NCBI RefSeq assembly: GCF_009914755.1
Contig: NC_060927.1
DNA from: the human T2T-CHM13v2.0 reference genome, Homo sapiens
Reading direction: 5' to 3' (one strand)
DNA: 64,000 bases
The notes beneath the pieces were generated by a model that was not told the origin of the DNA, searched no databases, and was given only the letters and a program-made list of their open reading frames with translations. A program made the position numbers and the translations under genes. Positions 1 through 14,345 of this stretch are shown here, piece after piece. How positions within the stretch are numbered: position 1 is the first letter of the stretch; each line of letters opens with the position of its first letter.

Positions 1-2260
<2,260 letters not shown>

Positions 2261-2502
2261 GGGAATTGAACAATGAGATCACATGGACACAGGAAGGGGA
2301 ACTTCACACTCTGGGGACTGTTGTGGGGTGGGGCAAGGGGGGAGGGATAGCATTGGGAGATATACCTAATGCTAGATGATGAGCTAGTGAGTGCAGCACA
2401 CCAGCATGACACATGTATAGATATGTAACTAACATGCACAATGTGCACATGTACCTTAAAACTTAAAGTATAATAATAAAAAATGCATAAATAAATAAAT
2501 AT

Positions 2503-5500
2503 AAAACTGTTCTATCAAAAGAAAGGTTAAACTCTGTGAGTTGAACGCTCACATCACAAAGTAGTTACTAGGAAAGATTCTGTCCAGTTTCTATGAAGAT
2601 ATAACCTTTTCAACCATAGGTTTCAAAGCACTCTAAATATCCACTTGGAAATACTGCAAAAACAGTGTTTCAAATCTGATCTATCAAAAGAAGGATTAAC
2701 TCTGTGAGTTGAACGCACACTTCACAAAGAAGTTTCTGAGAATTCTTCTGTCTAGTTTTAAATGAAGAAATCCCATTTCCAATGAAGGCCTCAAAGAGGT
2801 TCAAATATCCACCGTCAGATTCTACAAAAAGAGTGTTTCAAAACTGCTCTATCAAGAGGAAAGTTCAACTCCGTGAGTTGAATGCAAACATCACAAAGTA
2901 GTTTCTGAGAATGCTTCTGTCTAGTTTTTATATGAAGATATATTCTTTCCTACAATAGGCCTCAAAGCACTCTAAATATCCACTTGCAAACTCTACAAAA
3001 AGAGTGTTTCAAAACTGCTCTATCTGAGAATGCTTCTGTGTACTTTTTATGTGAAGATATATCGTTTTCTACCATAGGCCTCAAAGTGCTCTAAATACAC
3101 ACTTGCAAATTCAACAAAAAGAGTGTTTCAAAACTGCTCTATCAAAAGAAAGTTTATACTCAGTGAGTTGAATGCACACATCATAAAGTACTTTCTGATT
3201 ATGATTATGTCAAGTGCTTATATGATGATATTACCTTTTATACTATAGGCCTAAAAGCCTATAATATAATATAGGCCTAAAATATAGGCCTAAAAGCCCT
3301 AAATATCCACTTGGATATTCTACAAAAAGAGTGTTTCAAAACTGCTCTATTGAAAGGAACGTTCAACTCTGTGAGTTGAATGCACACATCACAAAGAAGC
3401 TTCTGAGAATTCTTCTGTCTAGTTTTATATGAAGAAATCACGTTTCCAACGAAGACCACAAAGAGGTCCAAATATCCAATTTCAGATTCTACAAAAAGAG
3501 TGTTACAAACTGCTCTATCAAAAGGAATGTTCAACTCTGTGTGTTGAAGGCAAACATCACAAAGTAGTTTCTGAGAATGCTTCTGTCTAGTTTTTCTGTG
3601 AAGATATTTCCTTTTCTACCATAGGCCCCAAAGCGCTCTAAATATCCACTTGCAAACTCTACAAAAAGAGTGTTTCAAAACTTCTCTATCAAAAGGAGGT
3701 TTCACTTCTGTGAGTTGAGTACAGACATAACAAAGAAGTTTCTGAGAATACTTCTGTCTACTTTTTATGTGAAGATATTCCCGTTTCCAAAGAAACCCTC
3801 AAAGCGCTCCAAATATCCAGATGCAGAGATTACAAACAGGGTGTTTCAAAACTGCTCTATCAAAAGAAAGGTTAAACTCTTTGAGTTGAATGCACACATC
3901 ACAAAGTAGTTACTGGGAATGATTATTTCTAGTATTTATATGAAGATATTTCCTTTTCTACCATAGGATTCAAAGCGCTCTAAATATCCACGTGGAAATT
4001 CAACAAAAAGAGTGTTTCAAATCTGCTCCATCAAAAGGAAGGTTCAAATCTGTGAGTTGAATGCATACATCACAAAGTAGTTTCTGGGAATGATTCTGTC
4101 TAGTTTTTATATGAAGGTATTTCATTTTCTACCATAGGATTTAAAGCCCTCTAAATATTCACTTGGAAATTCTACAAAAAGAGTGTCTGAAATCTGCTCT
4201 ATCAAAAGGAAGTTTCAACACTGTGAGTTGAATGCAAACATCACAGAGAAGTTTCTGAGAAGTCCTCTGTCTAATTTATATGAAGAAATCCCTTTTCCAA
4301 GGAAGGCCTCAAAGAGATCCAAATATACACTTGCAAATCCCACTAAAAGAGTGTTTCAAGAATGCTCAATAAAGAGGAATGTTCAAATTCGTGAGTTGAA
4401 TGCAAACATCGCAATGTAGTTTCTGAGAATGCTTCTGTCTAGTTTTTATGTGAAGATATTTCCTTTTCCACAATAGGCGTCATATCGCTCTAAATATCCT
4501 CTTGCAAACTCTACAAAGAATGTTTCAAAACTGCTCTGTCAAAAGGAATGTTCACCTTTGTGAGTTGAATACAGACATCGCAAAATGTTTCTAAGAGTAC
4601 ATCTGTCTACTTTTTATGTGAAGATATCCCCGTTTCCAAAGAAAACCTCAATGCGCTCCAAATATCCAGTTCCAGACTTTAAAAACAGAGTGTTTCCAAA
4701 CTGCTCTGTCAAAAGAAAGGTTAAACTCTGTAAGTTGAACGCACACATCACAAATTAGTTTCTGGGAATGATTCTCTCTAGTTTTTATATGAAGATATTT
4801 CCTTTTCTCCCTTAGGATTCAAGGCGCTCTAAATATCCACTTGGAAATACTACAAAAAGAGAGTTTCAAATCTGATCTATGAAAAAGGAGGTTCAACTAT
4901 GTGAGTTGAATGCACACATCAAAAAGATGTTTCGGGGAATTCTTCTGACTAGTTTTTATATGAAGGTATTTCCTTTTCTAATATAGGATTCAAAGCGTTC
5001 TAAATATCCACTTTGAAATTCTACAAAAAGAGTGTTTCAAATATGCTCTATCAAAGGAAGGTTCAAATATGTGAGTTGAATGTACACATCAAAAAGAAGT
5101 TTCTGAGAATTCTTCAGACTATTTTTATATGAAGAAAATCCGATTCCAAAGAAGGCCTCAATGAGGTCCAAGTATCCTCCTTCAGATTCTTCAAAAAGAG
5201 TGTTTCAAAACTGCTCTATCAAGAGGAATGTTCAACTCTGTGAGTTGAATGCAAACAACACAAAGTAGTTTCTGACAATGCTTCTCTGTAGTATTTATGT
5301 GAAGATATTTCTTTTCTACCATAGTTCTCAAAGCACTCTAAATTCACACTTGCAAATTCTACAAAAAGTCTGTTTCAAAACTGCTCTATCAAAAGAAAAT
5401 TTAAACTCAGTGTGTTGAATACACACATCACAAAGTAGTTTCTGAGGATGATTCTGTCTGGTTTTTATATTAAAGTATATCGTTTTCTACCATAGGCCTC

Positions 5501-6500
5501 TAAGCACCCTAAATATCCACTTGGAAATTCTACAAAAAGAGTGTTTCAAAACTACTCTATTGAAAGGTCGTTCAACTCCGTGAGTTGAATGCACACATCA
5601 CAAAGAAGCTTCTGAGAATTCTTCTCTCTGTTTTTTTTTAAGAAGAAATACCAGGTTCAAACGAAGGCCTCAAAGAGGTCCAAATAACCACTTGCAGATT
5701 CTACAAAAAGAGTGTTACAAAACTGCTCTATCAAAAGGAATGTTCAACTCTGTGAGTTGAATGCAAACATCAAAAAGTGGTTTCTGAGAATGCTTCTGTC
5801 TAGTTTTTATGTGAAGATATTTCCTTTTCTACCATAGGCCTCAAAGCGCTCTCAATATCCACTTGCAAATTCTCAAAAAGAGTGTTTCAAAACTGCTCTA
5901 CCAAAAGTAAAGTTCACCGCTGTGAGTTGAGTACAGACATCACAAAGAAGTTTCTGAGAATACTTCTGTGTACTTCTTATGTGAAGATATACCCATTTCC
6001 AAAGAAAACCTCAAAGCGCTCCAATTATCCAGATGCAGACTTTACAGAGTGTTTCAAAACTGCTCTATCAAAAGAAAGTTTAAACTCCGTGATTTGAACG
6101 AACACATCACAAAGTAGTTTCTGGGAATGATTCTGTCCACTTTTTATATGAAGATATTTCCTTTTCTACCATGCGATTCAAACCTCTCTAAATATCCACT
6201 TAGAAATAATTCAAAAAGTGTTTCGAAACTGCTCTATCAAAAGGAAAGTTTAACTCGGTGAGTTGAATGCACACATCACAAAGAATTTCCTCAGAATTCT
6301 TCTGTCTAGTTTTATATGAAGAAATCCCGTTCCAATGAATGCCTCAAAGAGGTCCAAATATCCACTTCCAGATTCTCCAAAAAGGGTGTTTCAAAACTGC
6401 TTTATAAAGAGGAGTGTTCAACTCTGTGAGTTGAATGCAAACATCACAAAGCAGTTTCTGAGAATGCTTCTATCTAGTATTTATGAGAAGATATTTCTTT
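2503..6500 (-). repeat. Alpha satellite, diverged tetramer-type domain (marker monomers 'gagtacagac' and 'ccagatgcagac', 'ctgggaatg...ataggattc')
   Basis: Marker variants at ~3718, ~4568 and ~5929, with irregular extra A-type monomers between them. Confidence 0.85.
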
Positions 6501-7667
6501 TTCTACCATAGGTCTCAAAGCGCTCTAAACACACATTTGCAAATTCTACAAAAGAGCTCTATCAAAAGAAAGGTTAAACTCTGTAAGGTGAATGCACACA
6601 TGACAAAATAGTTTCTGAGAATGATTCTGTCTAGTTTTTCTATGAAGAGATTTCCTTTTCTACGATAGGCCTCAAACCGCTCTAAATCTCCACTTGGAAA
6701 TTCTACATAAAGAGTATTTCAAAACTGCTCTACCGATAGGAAGGTTCAACTCTGTGAGATGAATGCAGACACCACAAAGTAATTTCCGAGAATTCTACTG
6801 TCTTGTTTATATGAAGAAATACCTTTTCCAACGAAGGCCTCAAAGAGGTCCAAATATCCACTTGCAGATAGTACAAAAATTGTGTTTAAAAACTGCTGTA
6901 TCAAGAGGAATGCTCACCTCTGTGAGTTGAATGCAAACAATACAAAGGAGTTTCTGAGAATGCTTCTGTCTAGTTTTTCTGTGAAGATATTTCCTTTTCT
7001 ACCGTAGGTCTCGCAGCACTCTAAATATACACTTGCAAATTCCACAAAAACAGTGTTTCAAAACTGCTCTATCAAAAGAGAGGCTAAACTATGTAAACTG
7101 AATGCACACATCACAAAATAGTTTCTGATAATGGTTCTGTCTAGTTTTTCTATGAAGATATTTCCTTTTCTACAACAGGCCTCAAACCGCTCTAAATATC
7201 CACTTGGAAATTCTGCAAAAAGTGTATTTCAAAACTGCTCTATTGAAAGGAAGGTTCAATTCTGGGACTTGAATGCACACATCACATAGAAGTTTCTGAG
7301 AATTCTTCTGTCAACTTTTATATGAAGAAATCCCGTTTCCAACATAGGCCTCAAAAAAGTCCAAATATTCACTTGCGGATTCTAAAAAAAGAGTGTTTCA
7401 AAACTGCTCTCTCAAAAGAAAGGTTAAACTCTGTAAGCTGAATGCACACATCACAAAGTAGTTTCTGAGAATAATTCTGTCTAGTTTTTCTATGAACATA
7501 TTTCCTATTCTACCTTACGCCTGAAACCGCTCTAAGTATCCACTTTGAATTTCTACAAAAAGAGAGTGTTAAAACTGCTCTATCGAAAGGAAGTTTCACC
7601 TCTGGGAGTTAAAAGCACACTTCAAAAAATTTCTGAGAAATCTTCTGTGAAGTTTTATATGAAGAAA

Positions 7668-7684
7668 TCCCGTTTCCAACGAAG
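7668..7684 (-). promoter_or_regulatory. Canonical CENP-B box
   Basis: tcccgtttccaacgaag is the reverse complement of CTTCGTTGGAAACGGGA. Confidence 0.9.
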
Positions 7685-10600
7685 GCCTCAAAGAAGCCCA
7701 AATATTCACTTGCAGATTCTACAAAAAGAGTGTTTCAAAAGTGCTCTATCAAAACAAAGGTCAAAATCTGCGAGTTGAACGCACACTTCGCAAAGTAGTT
7801 TCTGAGAATCATTCTACCTAGTTTTTCTATGAAGATATTTCCTTTTGTACCATATGCCTCAAATGGCGCTAAATATCCACTTGGAAATTCTACAAAAAGA
7901 GTGTTTCAAAACTACTCTATGGAAAGGAAGATTCAACTGTGTGAGTTGAAAGCACACATCACAAAGAAGTTTCTGAGAATTCTTCTGTCTAGTTTTATAT
8001 GAAGAAATCACGTTTCAAACGAAGGCCACAAAGAGGTCCAAATATCCACTTGCAGATTTTTCATAAAGAGTGTTTCAAAACTGCTCTATCAAAAGAATGG
8101 TTAGACTCTGTAATCTGAATGCACACATCACAAAGTAGTTTCTGAGAATCATTCTGTCTAATTTTTCTATGAAGATATTGTCTTTAATACCTTAGGCCTC
8201 AAAGGGCACAAAATTTCCACTTGGAAATTCTACAAAAAGAGTATTTCAAAACTGCTCTATCGAAAGGATGGTTCAACACCGTGAGTTGAATGCACACATC
8301 ACAAAGAAGTTTCTGAGAATTCTTCTGCCACGTTTTATACGAAGAAATCAAGTTTCAAACGAAGGCCACAAAGAAGTCCAAATATCCAGTTGCAGATTCT
8401 ACAACAAGAGTGTTTCAAAACTGCTCTATCAAGACGAATGTTCAACTCAGTGAGTTGAATGCAAATATCAGAAAGCAGTTTCTGAGAATGATTCTGTCTA
8501 GTTTTCTATGAAGATATTTCCCTTTCCACAATAGGCCTCAAACCGTTCTAATTATCCACTTGGAAATTCTACAAAAAGAGTATTTCAAAACTGCTCTATC
8601 GAAAGGAATGTTCAACTCTGTGAGTAGAATGCACACATCACAAAGGAGTTTCTGACAATGCTTCTATCTGGTTTTTATGTGAAGATATTTACTTTTCTAC
8701 CATAGGCCTCAAAGCGCTCTAAATATACACTTGCAAATTCCACAAAAGGAGTGTTTCAAAACTGCTCTATCGAAAGGAAGGTTCAACTCTTTGAGTTGAA
8801 TGCACACATCACAAAGGAGTTTCTGAGAATTCTTCTCTCACGTTTCATATGAAGAAATCCCATTTCCAACGAAGTCCCCCAAAAGTCCAAATATTCACTT
8901 GCAGAGACAACAAAAACTGTGTTTCTTAACTGCTCTATCAAAAGAAAAGTTAAACTCTGTTAGTTGAACGCACACATCACAAAGTAGTTTCTGAGAATCA
9001 TTACGTCTAGGTTTTCTATGAAGATATTGCCTTTTCTACCATAGGCCTCAAAAGACGCTAAATATCCACATGGAGATTCAGCAATAAGAGAATTTCTAAC
9101 ACTGTTCTACCGGAAGGATAGTTCAACTCTGTGAGTTGAATGCAGAGATCACAAAGAAGATTCTGAGAGTTCTGTCAGGTTTTTTATGAAGAAATCCCGT
9201 TTCCAAAGAAGGCCTCAAAAAAGTCCAAATATTCACTTGCAGATTGTACAAAAAGATTCTTTCAAAACTGCTCTATCAAGAGGAATGTTCAACTCTGTGA
9301 GTTGAATGCAAATATCACAAAGTAGTTTATGACAATGTTTCTCTCTAGTTTTTATGTGAACATATTTCCTTTTCTACCATAGGCCTCAAAGCATTCTAAT
9401 AATACACTTTCAAATTCCACAAAAAGAGTGTTTCAAAACTGCTCTATCAAAAGAAAGGTGAAACTCTGTAAGCTGAATGCACACATCACAAAGTAGTTTC
9501 TGAGAATGATTCTGTCTAGTTCTTCTATGAAGATATTTCCTTTTCTACAACTGGCCTCAAACTGCTCTAAATATCCACTTGGAAATTCTACAAAAAGAGT
9601 ATTTCAAAACTGCTCTATCCAAAGGAATGTTCAACTCTGTGAGTTCAATGCAAACATCACAAAGAAGATTCTGAGAGTTCTTCTGTCAGGTTTTATATGA
9701 AGAAATCCTGTTTCCAACGAAGCCCTAAAAAAATTCCAAATATCCAATTGCAGATTCTACAAAAAGACTGTTTCCGATCTGATCTATCAAAAGAAAGGTT
9801 AAACTCTGTGAGTTGAATGCCCACATCACAAAGTAGTTTCTGAGAATCATTCTGTCTAGTTTTTCTATGAAGATATTGCCTTTTCTAACCATAAGCCTCA
9901 AACGGCGCTAAATATCCACTTGGAAATTCTAGAAAAGGAGAGTTTCAAAACTGCTCTATCAAAATGAAACTTCAACTCCGTGAGTTCAAAGCACACATCT
10001 CAAAGAAGTTTCTGAGAATTCTTCTGTCTAGTTTTATATGAAGAAATCTCTTTTCAAACGAAGGAAACAAAGAGGTCCAAAAATAAACTTGCAGATTCTA
10101 CAAAAAGAGTGTTTGCAAACTGCTCTATGAAGAGTAATGTTCAACTCTGTGAATTCAATGCAAATATCACAAAGTAGTTTATGACAATTCTTCTGTCCAG
10201 TTTATATGTGAAGATATTTCCTTTTCTACCGTAGGCCTCAAAGCGCTGTAAATATACACTTACAAATTGCACAAAAAGTGTGTTTCAAAACTGCTCTGTC
10301 AAAAGAAAGGTTAAACTCTGTAAGCTGAATGCACACATCACAAAGTAGTTTCTGGGAATGATTCTGATTAGTTTTTCTATGAAGATAGATATTTCCTTTT
10401 CTACCAAAGGGCTCAAATCCCTGTAAATATATACTTGGAAATTCTACAAAAAGAGGATTTCAAAACTGCTCTATCGAAATGAAGGTTCAACTCTGTGAGT
10501 TGAATACACACAACACAAAGAAGTTTCTGAGAATTTTTCTGTCACGTTTTATATGAAGAAATCACGTTTCAAACGAAGACCACAAGGAGTTCCAAATATC

Positions 10601-13475
10601 CACTTGCGGATTCTGCAAAGAGAGTGTTTCAAAACTGCTCTATCAAGAAGAATGTACAACTCTGTGAGTTGAATGCATATATCACAAAATAGTTTCTGAC
10701 AAACTTTCTGTCTAGTTTTTATGTGAAGATATTTCCTTTTCTACCATAGGTCTCAAAAAGCTTTAAATATACACTTGCAAATACCACAAAAGACTGTTTC
10801 AAAACTGCTCTATCAAAAGAAAGGTTAAACTTTGTAAGCTGAACGAACACTTCACAAAGCAGTTTCTGAGAATCATTCTGTCTACTTTTTCTATGACGAT
10901 ATTGCCTTTTCTACCATTAGCCTGAAACAGCGCTAAATATCCAGTTGGAAATTCTACAAAAAGAGAGTTTCAAAACTCCTTCTATTGTAAGGAAGTTTCA
11001 ATTCTGTGAGTTGAAATCACACATAACAAAGAAGTTTCTGAGAATTCTTCTGTCTAGTTTTATATGGAGAAATCACCTTTCAAAAGAATGCCACAAAGAG
11101 GTGTAAGTATCCACTTGCAGATTCCACAAAAAGAGTGTTTAAAAACTGCTCTATCAAGTGGAATGTTCAACTCGGTGAGTTGAATGCAAATATCAAAAAG
11201 TAGTTTCTGACAATGCATCTGTATAGTTTTCATGTGAAGATATTTAATTTTGTACCGCAGTTCTCAAAGCGCTTTAAATAAACTCTTGCAAATTCCCCAA
11301 AAAGAGTGTTTCACAACTGCTCTATCAAAAGAAAGCTTAAACCCTGTAAGCTGAATGCAAACATCACAATGTGGTTTCTGAGAATCATTCTGTCTAGTTT
11401 TTCTATGAAGATATTTCCATATCTACCATAGGCCTCTAACCGCTCTAAGTCTCCACTTGGAAATTCTACAAAAAGAGTATTTCAAAACTGCTCTATCAAA
11501 AGATAGGTTGAACTCTGTGAATTGAATGCACACATCGCAAAGAAGTTTCTGAGAATTCTTCTGTCAATTTTAATATGAAGAAATCCCATTTCCAACGTAG
11601 TTCTCAATAACGTCCAAATATTCACTTGCAGATTCTACAAAAAGAGTGTTTCAAAACTCCTCTATCAAAAGAAAGGTTAAACTCTGTGAGTTGAACGCTC
11701 ACATCAAAAAGTAGTTTCTGAGAATCTTTCTGTCTAGTTTTTCTATGAAGATATTCCCTTTTCTACCTTAGGCCTCAAAGGGCGCTAAATATCCACTTGG
11801 AAATTCTACAAAAAGAGAGTTTTAAAACTGCTCTATAGAAAGGAAGGTTCAACTCTATGAGTTCAATCCACACATCACAAAGAAGTTTCTGAGAATTCTT
11901 CTGTCTAGTTGATATGAAGAAATCTCGTTTAAAACGAAGGCCTCAAACAGGTTCAAATATCCAATTGCAGACTCTACAAAAAGAGGGTTTCAAAACTGCT
12001 CTATCAAGAGCAATGTTCAACTCTGTGGGTTGAATGCAAATATCACAATGTAGTTTCTGACAATCCTTCTGTCTAGTTTTTATGTGAAGATATTTCCTTT
12101 TCGACAATAGGCCTCAAAGCACTCTAAATATACACTTGCAAATTCCACAAAAGTAGTGTTTCAAAACTGCTCTATCAAAAGAAAGTTCAAACTCTGTGAG
12201 TTGAACGCACACATCACAAAATAGTTTCTGAAAATCATTGTGTCTCATTTTTCTATGAAGATATTGCCTTTTCTTCCATAGGCCACAAACCGTGCTAAAT
12301 ATCCACTTGGAAACACTACAAAAAGAGAGTTCAAATTCCACAACAAGAGTGTTACAAATCTGTTCTATCAAAACAAAAGTTAAACTCTGTAAGCTGAATG
12401 CACACATCAAAAAGTAGTTTCTGAGAATGGTTCTGTCTAGTTTTCCTATGAAGATATTATCTTTTCTACCACAGGCCTCAAACCGCTCTAAATATCCACG
12501 TGGAAATCCTACAAAAATAATATTTCAAAACTGCTCTATTGAAAGGAAGGTTCAACAATGTGAGTTGAATGCACACATCACAAAGAAGATGCTGAGATTT
12601 CTTTTGTCAAGATTTATATGAAGAAAACATGTTTCCAACGAAGGCCTCAAGAAAGTCCAAATATTCACTTGCAGAACCTACAGAAAGAGTGTTTCAAAAC
12701 TGCTCTATCAAACGAAATGTTAAACTCTGTGAGTTGAACGCACACGTCACAAAGTAGTTTCTCAGAATCATTCTCTCTATTTTTTCTATGAAGATATTTC
12801 CTTTTCTACCACAGGCCTCAAGCCACTCTAAATATACACTTGAAAATTCTACAAAAAGACTATTTCAAAAGGGGTCTATCAAAAGAAAGGTTAAACCCTG
12901 TGGGTTAAACGCACACATCACAAAGTAATTTCTGAGAATCTTTCTGCCTATTTTTTCTTTGAAAATATTGCCTTTTCTACCATAGGACTGAAACAGGGCT
13001 AAATATCCACTTGGAAAATCTACAAAATAGTGTTTCAAAACTCCTCTATCTAAAGGAAGGTGCAACTCAGTGATTTGAAAGCACACATCACAAAGAAGTT
13101 TCTGAGAATTCTTCTGTCTAGTTTTATATGAAGAAATCACGTTTCAAAAGAAGGCTCCAAAGAGGACTAAATATCCCCTTGCAGATTCTACAAAAAGAGT
13201 GTCTCAAAACTCCTCTAACAAGTGGAATGTTCATCTCTGTGAGTTGAATGCAAATATCGCAAAGTAGTTTCTGACAACGTTTCTGTCTAGTTTTTATGTG
13301 AAGATATTTCCTTTTATACAATAGGCCTAGAAGCGCTCTAAATAAACGCTTGCATTTTCCACAGAAAAAGGGTTTCAAAACTGCTCTATCAAAAGAAGTT
13401 CCGATTCTGTAAGCTGAATGCACACATCACAAAGAAGTTTCTGAGAATTCTTCTGTCAGGTTTTATATGAAAAAA

Positions 13476-13492
13476 TCCCGTTTCCAACGAAG
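13476..13492 (-). promoter_or_regulatory. Canonical CENP-B box
   Basis: tcccgtttccaacgaag. Confidence 0.9.
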
Positions 13493-14328
13493 GCCTCAGT
13501 AAAGTCCAAATATTCACCTGCAGATTATACAAAAAGAGTGTTTCAAGACTGCTTTATCAAAAGAAATGTTAAACTCTGTGAGTTGAACGCACACATCACA
13601 AAGTTGTTTCTGAGAATCATTCTGTCTAATTTTTCTCTGAAGATATTGCCTTTCGTACCGTAGGCCTCAAACGGCTCTAAATATCCACTTGGAAATTCTA
13701 CAAAAAGAGAGTTTCAAAACTGCTCTATCGAAAGGTAGATACAACTCTGTGACTTGAATGCACACATCACAAACTAGTTTCTGAGAATTCTTCTGTCCAG
13801 ATTCATATGAAGAAATCACGTTCAAAACGAAGGCCCCAAAGAGGTCCAAATATCCACTTGCAGACTCCACAAAAAGAGTGTTTCAAAACTGCTCTATCAA
13901 GAGGAATGTTCAACTCGGTGAGTTGTTGAATGCAAATATCACAAAGTAGTTTCTGACTATGCTTCCGTTTTGATTTCATGTGAAGATATTGCTTTTTCTG
14001 CCGTATGCCTCAAAGAGATCTTAATATACTCTTGCAAATTCCACAAAAAGAGTGTTTCAAAACTGCTCTATCAAAAGAAAGTTAAACTCTATAAACTGAA
14101 TGCACATAGCACAAACTAGTTGCTGAGAATTATTCTGTCTAGGTTTTCTATGAAAGTATTTCCTTTTCTACCGCAGACGTCAAACCGCCCTAAATATACA
14201 CTTGGAAATTATACAAAAAGAATATTTCAAAACTGCTCTATCGAAAGGAAGGTTCAACTCTGTGAGTGGAATGCACACATCACAAAGAAGTTTCTGAGAG
14301 TTCTTCTGTCAGGTTTTATATGATGAAA

Positions 14329-14345
14329 TCCCGTTTCCAACGAAG
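14329..14345 (-). promoter_or_regulatory. Canonical CENP-B box
   Basis: tcccgtttccaacgaag. Confidence 0.9.
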
